Both the position numbers and the translations under genes were made by a program. 32,019 bases of DNA. Source: a virus (Duplodnaviria > Caudoviricetes). Positions 26,525 through 32,019 of the stretch are shown piece after piece. The notes under the pieces were generated by a model that had not been told where the DNA came from, did no database searches, and was given only the letters and a program-made list of their open reading frames with translations. Location: positions 1 to 32,019 of IMG/VR virus record IMGVR_UViG_3300028025_004965; one strand, written 5' to 3'. The number at the start of each line of letters is the position of its first letter. Positions within the stretch are counted from its first letter, which is position 1.

Positions 26525-27808
26525 TTATTGTAATGATTTGTATATTGAGATTAGGGAGGTGCTTTCTTGGAGTTCTTTTTGTTTTCGTTTTGCTTTGATT
26601 TCTTCCCATTGTTTTTGTAGGTCATCATTACCTAATACTTTTGCACCTACTTGTAAATCGTCAGGTAATGAGGTTATAGGAGTGTCTCTTAAATCTAAAT
26701 ATGTACCTATGTATAATTTATTAGGTAATGATTCTATTTTAGTATTTCCTATAAGTAAAGCTACTCCTACATATAAATTATCAGGCAGCGATTTTATAGG
26801 AGTATGACTTAAATTTAAAATCCCCCTTACTTTTAAATTATTAGGCAGGGATTTTATTCGGCTACGTGATAAATCTAAATTTCCCCATACTTTTAAATTA
26901 TCAGGTAGTGATTCTATAGAACTATATTTTAAATATAAGTTTCCAGACACTTTTAAATTATCAGGTAGTGATTTTATTGGAGTATTGGCTAAAAATAAAT
27001 CCCCCTTCACATCCAAATCCTCTGGTTTTAGATCCTCTGGGTAGTACACAAGTTTAGCTTTGATTCCATATTTTTCAATCATATAGTCTTTTATTTCATC
27101 CTTTTCTTCATCGCTTAATTTATTGAAATCTCCCTTTCCTTTTATCTTTAGAAAATTTAAAATTTTAGAATCTCCTCTCTCATCCCTGCCTATTTTATGA
27201 GAGGTTTTGTCTTTCATACTTACCCAAGTCTTACCATCGTCTCTAGTATATCGGATAGGATTGGCTATGTTTGTGTTGAATACTGCTAGAACTCTAGAAT
27301 CCTGCCTTCCTGAGAATATTATGCCATCTACATAAGTTTCTACGTTTGGTATTTCGTATAATTTTATTGCTATGTCGGAGCTACTATCGTAGCTTCCTGA
27401 AGCTAAAGCATCGTTATATTTGTCTATCTCACCTTTATTTTCTTTATAGAAATTTGTGAAGTTTCCTCCTAGAATCTTCTTCAACTGTTTGATTAGTGTT
27501 GGATTACTTCCAAATACTTTAAGAGCTTCGCTCTTATCGTATATAAGGAATTTTCCATTATTTTTTACTTCGTATTCTACTATGGTTGGGCCATAGTCCT
27601 CCATTCCGGGATTTAGCTGATCTTCTAGTTCATAGGTCATGTAAATACCGGGGCCGTACATGGCCCCTGCTCCACCACCAGGTACAAATCCCGTATTAAA
27701 TTTGGTAGGCTCGTCTATTTGTGATCTATGATACCCTCTAAAAGTACCAGCTTTGATTTCCTCGTTTATCCTACTACCTACCTCCAACAGTATAGATATG
27801 AATTTCAT
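26525..27808 (-). CDS. ADP-ribosyltransferase-like domain fused to 20-aa leucine-rich repeats
   Basis: YHRS...F..G....GAMYGPGIYMT...YG...DGIIF......LAVFN follows the ART/PARP-type motif order. Six L.L..T.I.SLP.NL.V.G repeats follow. Confidence 0.65.
   Translation of the reverse strand: MKFISILLEVGSRINEEIKAGTFRGYHRSQIDEPTKFNTGFVPGGGAGAMYGPGIYMTYELEDQLNPGMEDYGPTIVEYEVKNNGKFLIYDKSEALKVFGSNPTLIKQLKKILGGNFTNFYKENKGEIDKYNDALASGSYDSSSDIAIKLYEIPNVETYVDGIIFSGRQDSRVLAVFNTNIANPIRYTRDDGKTWVSMKDKTSHKIGRDERGDSKILNFLKIKGKGDFNKLSDEEKDEIKDYMIEKYGIKAKLVYYPEDLKPEDLDVKGDLFLANTPIKSLPDNLKVSGNLYLKYSSIESLPDNLKVWGNLDLSRSRIKSLPNNLKVRGILNLSHTPIKSLPDNLYVGVALLIGNTKIESLPNKLYIGTYLDLRDTPITSLPDDLQVGAKVLGNDDLQKQWEEIKAKRKQKELQESTSLISIYKSLQ
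26651..27010 (-). repeat. Six 60-nt tandem coding repeats (LRR)
   Basis: taaatta(t/c)aggyag-type core recurs at exactly 60-nt spacing (26651, 26711, 26771, 26831, 26891, 26951). Confidence 0.92.
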
Positions 27809-27819
27809 GTGTGTAGTTT

Positions 27820-28254
27820 TTATTTGAAGGACTCAGTCCACAGTCTAAAAATCATATTTCCTCTCAAATACGCATCCTCTTCCATCATCATTAGGTTCTT
27901 GTTATGCTGCATGTACTTCGGGTCGTTCAGATCTACCAAATCTGACGTATTCAGCATTCCTGTAAGGTTTTGATTGTGGTGTATGAGTTCGTGAGCATAG
28001 CTCCTCAACACATCCTTTATATGCCTCCCGGCTATGAATAGGCTTACTGAGCACTCTTCTGGATTGTAATACCCGGTCTTACCGAATGGGTCGGATTTGT
28101 ATACGAGATCTGTTATGAATATAACCTTTGGGTATGGCATTATCTTTATGCCGGAGTTCTGTATGTACTCAGACAGGCTCAGTATATACGGTACTATGTT
28201 ATTGTCCGATACGATTACCTGCCGGGTTATATTTTGGTATTTGGTTAGTTCCAT
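27820..28254 (-). CDS. Small zincin-like metallopeptidase (HEXXH)
   Basis: GYYNP...LRSYAHELIHHNQ...MEEDAY provides HEXXH plus a downstream Glu ligand. Confidence 0.75.
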   Translation of the reverse strand: MELTKYQNITRQVIVSDNNIVPYILSLSEYIQNSGIKIMPYPKVIFITDLVYKSDPFGKTGYYNPEECSVSLFIAGRHIKDVLRSYAHELIHHNQNLTGMLNTSDLVDLNDPKYMQHNKNLMMMEEDAYLRGNMIFRLWTESFK

Positions 28255-28256
28255 GG

Positions 28257-28526
28257 TTACTTTTTTCCTTTGCTACTTTTTATAGGTTCCCACCAATCAG
28301 AACAGTATTCATCAGGAGGGGCCGGTATTTCGGATGTCCCAGCCCACTGCTGATACTGCTTATTAGCACAGTGACCCTTCTCCCCAGGCGCTCCCACATT
28401 CCAATAGTTGCAGTTGGCACAGCATGCGCCTCCTTTAGGTACTCGGATACCTGCTAAATGGTCAGAAGGCAGCTCATACTTGCCGCCTCCGTATTCTTCT
28501 CTGAGTAAATCTGCTAACTTTATCAT
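28257..28526 (-). CDS. Small Cys-rich metal-binding protein (HiPIP-like Cys spacing) with MIKLxDLLxE leader
   Basis: CANC-x13-C-x21-CSDWW. Confidence 0.6.
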   Translation of the reverse strand: MIKLADLLREEYGGGKYELPSDHLAGIRVPKGGACCANCNYWNVGAPGEKGHCANKQYQQWAGTSEIPAPPDEYCSDWWEPIKSSKGKK

Positions 28527-29140
28527 CCTTTTAAATAGTCGTTTAGTACTCCTCCTATTGTTGATATTTCTAGTCCCAGGTCGCTGATGTTTTCAGCAGT
28601 CAGCTCTTTACCATCCTCTACATAATCCATTCCTACTATACCTACGAATTCTCCTTTTATATTGAATATCGGAACTATGTAGCTGCTTCTAACCCCTGAC
28701 CCGGCTATCTCAGTGGTAAATCCTCCATTGACATTCAATGTAGGATCTACGCTAATTACCGATACGGTGTTTCCGCTATGCAGCTGGTTTATGGCTTTGC
28801 TGAACAGGCTTACCGGTATGTTTTGAAACTGGTGTTGACATGGTACTACTGATGGGCTCAGCAGCTCATATACCATACTGAACTTTTGTATCGACTTCCC
28901 TGTCGGGTAGAAATGGCCTCCATTATGGAATTGGAGTAGCCATATCCTGTCGGATTCAAACTGTTCACGCACTTTCTCCAGCTTCTCCGTTATCATGTGG
29001 TTTACCATTATGGACTCTGATAGCGGATCTTTTTTCTTCTTTCTACTCTCCACTGCAGCTTTCGCATAGTGGACGGCTATTGGGCCTACTATAGATGTAA
29101 ATATAGCCGTTATTAGAGCGGCTAATGCTTCTGCATTCAT
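28523..29140 (-). CDS. N-terminal membrane helix plus GAF-like domain protein (possible T4 T-type holin)
   Basis: Hydrophobic ALAALITAIFTSIVGPIAV, then a basic RKKKK patch. DRIWLLQFHNG and GVRSSYIVPIF..KGEFVGIVGMDY are GAF-type motifs. Confidence 0.65.
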   Translation of the reverse strand: MNAEALAALITAIFTSIVGPIAVHYAKAAVESRKKKKDPLSESIMVNHMITEKLEKVREQFESDRIWLLQFHNGGHFYPTGKSIQKFSMVYELLSPSVVPCQHQFQNIPVSLFSKAINQLHSGNTVSVISVDPTLNVNGGFTTEIAGSGVRSSYIVPIFNIKGEFVGIVGMDYVEDGKELTAENISDLGLEISTIGGVLNDYLKG

Positions 29141-29167
29141 AGGTTGGTTACGGTTGTTTTATTGTGT

Positions 29168-29207
29168 CTTCTTATTTCTCTCTCTATCCTTCTTATTCCT
29201 CTCTCTC
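29168..29207. repeat. Two near-identical copies (21-nt period) of cttcttattYctctctct in a pyrimidine-rich intergenic tract
   Basis: Copies at 29168-29185 and 29189-29206 differ by one mismatch. Confidence 0.75.
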
Positions 29208-29247
29208 GCCACCTAATCCTACTACACTTTTCTATCTCATCTTATCC

Positions 29248-29694
29248 TTAAATCTCTCCACCTTCTTGACCTTCCATGAAATGTCCTACCTGGTCCATCA
29301 ATTGTTCAGCCTTTGCTATGTGTGATTGTACCCATCCATCTAATTGAGTATTGTCATCTAGCATATCGTGCATTTTGGTCGCATACTTGGCTATTGCCAT
29401 AAGCTGGCTCTTAATCATTGACCCTTCGTCATCCACTTGGCCATCGTTGATGCCTTCACGCTTAATGTTCTTCCACATTACAGAAGCTGCGATCTTGCGA
29501 CCCTTTTCTCCACCACCAGCTTTTTTAGCAATGGCTTCGAATCCTTTCCCTTTTCTGCCAATATCTTTACCGGCTTTCGCCTTCTTTACTATCTCAGATT
29601 TTTTACTTTTGGACAATCCTTTGGAGGGAGGTACGTCGGCTTTTATCTCTTTGGCCTCGTTTAATGAGTCCTGCAGAATTTTAGTCAGTTTCAT
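29248..29694 (-). CDS. Hypothetical basic protein, probable internal virion protein
   Basis: Leader MKLTKILQDSLNE and a Lys-rich middle ending IKRE. Has its own TATTTATA motif. Confidence 0.7.
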   Translation of the reverse strand: MKLTKILQDSLNEAKEIKADVPPSKGLSKSKKSEIVKKAKAGKDIGRKGKGFEAIAKKAGGGEKGRKIAASVMWKNIKREGINDGQVDDEGSMIKSQLMAIAKYATKMHDMLDDNTQLDGWVQSHIAKAEQLMDQVGHFMEGQEGGEI

Positions 29695-29711
29695 TTTGAG
29701 TGTTTTATACC

Positions 29712-29719
29712 TATAAATA
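29712..29719 (-). promoter_or_regulatory. TATTTATA motif upstream of the 148-aa gene
   Basis: Exact octamer 18 nt from the ATG. Confidence 0.65.
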
Positions 29720-29720
29720 G

Positions 29721-30296
29721 CTACTTACTTATGAGTTCTCTCATTTCCTCCAACTCTTTTTTCCATTCTTCGGCCATCTTATTCTTATCTACTCCACCAC
29801 TCCAGTCTTCTACATCCCCTTGCTCAGTGACATAAGACTCCTTGTTAGTGTTGACGAACTCCTCTATGAACTTCTCAGCCTCCTCTATGTGGGTGACTAG
29901 GTTCTTGTTTATGATGTTTCTCATGTACTCTTCGTAGGTGCCGTCTAGCTTCATTTGAGACTCTGTCTCCACTACGCAGTTGAAGCACTTGCTGTGTATG
30001 GGATACATCTTTTTGTCTAATGAAGTCTTCATTGACTTTTTGCATGATGGGCACACTATAGGCATCCTTGATGCTTTTTTTATAGCGTCTAGCTTTGTAA
30101 CCGTCTGCTTTATCCCATCTTTTATAGTCCAGGTCTTATCGGACTCTTCCCATACATCCCCTTCTACATGGTCTTCAGATTGCTTTTCATATCCTACCTG
30201 GATTCCTGTAGCATTACCGTACTTCTTAGTAATGATGTTTCTCAGTCTTGCGACGTCTCTTTCTTTGAATTCTCTCTTTAATTGTGTATCTGCCAT
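29721..30296 (-). CDS. Hypothetical protein with CxxC...CxxC zinc finger
   Basis: CPSC-x18-CFNC. Packed in the operon. Confidence 0.75.
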   Translation of the reverse strand: MADTQLKREFKERDVARLRNIITKKYGNATGIQVGYEKQSEDHVEGDVWEESDKTWTIKDGIKQTVTKLDAIKKASRMPIVCPSCKKSMKTSLDKKMYPIHSKCFNCVVETESQMKLDGTYEEYMRNIINKNLVTHIEEAEKFIEEFVNTNKESYVTEQGDVEDWSGGVDKNKMAEEWKKELEEMRELISK

Positions 30297-30298
30297 AA

Positions 30299-30562
30299 CT
30301 ATAGTTTTTTAATTTTTATTTTTAAATCTCCCGTCCCCTTTATAGCCCTGTGCCATTCCCCCTTCGGTATGTGAATCTGACCTTCTATTCTTATTGGAAG
30401 TTCGCTATCCCTTTGGAACATCCAGTCTGTAGGCTCTAATGGTTCTATTATCCTATCTTCTCTATCTCTATGCCATTTCAATTCTTCATCACCTACATCG
30501 CCACTGAATGTTCTTTCGTACCAGCCATCGCTGTAGGTTTCTGTGTAGGGTCTATCTTGCAT
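30299..30562 (-). CDS. Small cupin-fold protein
   Basis: WHRD.E and IPKGEWHRAIKG.GDL resemble cupin motifs 1 and 2. Confidence 0.7.
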   Translation of the reverse strand: MQDRPYTETYSDGWYERTFSGDVGDEELKWHRDREDRIIEPLEPTDWMFQRDSELPIRIEGQIHIPKGEWHRAIKGTGDLKIKIKKL

Positions 30563-30565
30563 GGT

Positions 30566-31021
30566 TTAATACACTTTTCTGGAGATTCTAATGATTCCTT
30601 CTTCGTACTCCATTTTGAACTTATCTTTAGGTATGTTTTCGTCTAGGAATCTTTTAACAATACTGAATCTTTTGGAGTTGACAGGGCTTATCACTATGTC
30701 ATACCACTCTTTGTTCCGGTTCATGAAGTCTAAGGTGATATCCATCACCGTGGCATTTATCTTAAGGGCGTTGCCTTCCCCGGTCAGTTCGTATCCTTTC
30801 CCTTTGGGATTGTACTTCCTCTCGAAGGTACCAGTGTTTTCGTCAGTTTCATCATCCTTGTGTGGGTAGAAGTCAACCTCATACTCCATACCGGACTCAT
30901 CCTCCGTCTCAGCGGTATTGAAGGTGTACTTCAGGCCTGATGAGTCTCTTTTCCATGGATACTTTTTCGCCGTAGCTACATTGAAGTCTAGCTCTAGTAG
31001 GAGATCAGTTAGTTTTATCAT
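30566..31021 (-). CDS. Hypothetical protein with MIKLTDLLLE leader (start revised from 31042 to 31021)
   Basis: The ATG at 31021 removes the overlap with the upstream gene and yields the shared leader. Confidence 0.75.
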   Translation of the reverse strand: MIKLTDLLLELDFNVATAKKYPWKRDSSGLKYTFNTAETEDESGMEYEVDFYPHKDDETDENTGTFERKYNPKGKGYELTGEGNALKINATVMDITLDFMNRNKEWYDIVISPVNSKRFSIVKRFLDENIPKDKFKMEYEEGIIRISRKVY

Positions 31022-31023
31022 TG

Positions 31024-32016
31024 CTATTTGGTTTTGCCCCATGTTTTACCTTTGCCTGGGTCTGAACATTGTGATGGTGTTGGTCTGCAAGCCGGATACT
31101 TTGCACGTTTCTCGCCCTTCTGCTTTCCGCAGGGCTTGCACTTCTTCTTACCGTCTACTTCACGGCAGGTGTTGCAGTCTACCCAGCCCCCTGTTTTACC
31201 AGGAGCTCCTTTGCGTTTGAACCATTTGTGCAATGATTCGTCTTCATTTAATTTTCCAACATATTTTTTAAAGTCTTCTATATCTTGTTTAGAGCCTAGT
31301 ATGTGAATTTGTTCTGGTTCAAATACTGCGTAAGTTTTGCCGCCTTCTGGTGTTTCATAGCTCATATTATTATCTCTCATGTATGAGGCTACTCTAGGGT
31401 TCTCAAAAGGGTAAGGTGATTTTCTATCAACTTCTGATAAAAATTTTGAATACTCTTTTATACCATGCAAACTTCCTTCCGATTTTACTATATCATCAAA
31501 CAATTCTTTAAACTCTTTATTATCCTCAAAAAAATCTCTGTCTGCAATATTAACTATATTTAGTAATACCGACTTTCTATTCTTTCTTTTCCAAAAGTCT
31601 TTGGAAATCGTAAAATAAAAAGCCCTGTTCAAATTTTTAGGATTTTTGTAAAAAGTTGAATCTCTCGAAAACTTTTCAAAATCTTGGTCAGTACCATGAT
31701 AAACAATATCTTTTACTTTACTGTTAGGAAATATTGTTTTAAGGTATTCGCTATATTGTTCCAACGAACCTATACTTTGTAATTCTGGGATTCCGTTAAA
31801 AATATCCTTAACAGCATCTAAATTATAATTCTCATCAAGAGGTTCCTCTCCCTCGACCTCGTCTAGGTCTTTCCATATCTTCCCATCTCGGCATCGCACT
31901 ATGGCTCCGGACTTGTAGGCGGAGGGTTTTGAGTACCGGCGGTCAGCGATTCGTTTACAACGATCCTCTTTCTTCTCGTCTAGTACTTCAATAAGCAGGT
32001 CGATTAGTTTTATCAT
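31024..32016 (-). CDS. Composite protein: shared leader, basic Cys-containing ends and central ADP-ribosyltransferase-like (ART-PolyVal-like) domain
   Basis: IVYHGT..DFEKF...RAFYFT...YAVFEPEQIHILGS. The central part is visibly more AT-rich than the flanks. Confidence 0.65.
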   Translation of the reverse strand: MIKLIDLLIEVLDEKKEDRCKRIADRRYSKPSAYKSGAIVRCRDGKIWKDLDEVEGEEPLDENYNLDAVKDIFNGIPELQSIGSLEQYSEYLKTIFPNSKVKDIVYHGTDQDFEKFSRDSTFYKNPKNLNRAFYFTISKDFWKRKNRKSVLLNIVNIADRDFFEDNKEFKELFDDIVKSEGSLHGIKEYSKFLSEVDRKSPYPFENPRVASYMRDNNMSYETPEGGKTYAVFEPEQIHILGSKQDIEDFKKYVGKLNEDESLHKWFKRKGAPGKTGGWVDCNTCREVDGKKKCKPCGKQKGEKRAKYPACRPTPSQCSDPGKGKTWGKTK

Positions 32017-32019
32017 CTA

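Noticed and set aside
26651-27010. 60-nt periodic repeat as a CRISPR array or DGR template/variable pair
   Set aside because: It encodes in-frame LRRs. Differences are not adenine-specific and no reverse transcriptase is in the window.
31022-31042. ORF-track start at 31042 (MGQNQIA...)
   Set aside because: It overlaps the upstream gene. The ATG at 31021 gives the shared MIKL leader and normal gene packing.
473-31306. Numerous plus-strand ORFs in the track (other than 10062-10553)
   Set aside because: Nearly all are antisense shadows of well-supported minus-strand genes, with no motifs or upstream signals.
1-32019. Stop-codon reassignment as seen in some large phages
   Set aside because: Core genes are full length in the standard code, and TAG, TGA and TAA all terminate genes at sensible positions.

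Overview
This window is the virion morphogenesis region of a large tailed phage with T4-like head and neck genes, almost entirely on the minus strand. Reading right to left it holds: a cluster of small accessory genes (two ADP-ribosyltransferase-like domains, an LRR, a HEXXH peptidase, a Cys4 protein, a TM+GAF protein and a cupin); terminase large subunit; portal with a 420-aa HNH intein; three probable prohead-core/internal proteins; prohead protease; scaffold; major capsid protein with its terminator; an island of two homing-endonuclease-like genes, a divergent PhoH and one plus-strand ORF; gp13/gp14/gp15-like neck and tail-completion genes; and a >1475-aa tail-fibre-like ORF that runs off the left edge and is missing from the ORF track. 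A TAnnTTTG promoter and A-rich leaders without obvious Shine-Dalgarno sequences suggest a Bacteroidota host (inference). The three most notable observations are: (1) a protein-less ~150-nt TnpB 3'-end/right-end (omega-RNA-sized) remnant between two head genes; (2) unrelated cargo proteins sharing an M(I)KLxD(L/I)LxE leader, with (L/I)-x-E sites bracketing enzyme-like domains, suggesting a protease-released capsid cargo system; (3) a gene-oriented TATTTATA upstream motif, the reverse complement of the T4 late promoter. All family assignments come from motif recognition by eye; no searches were run.
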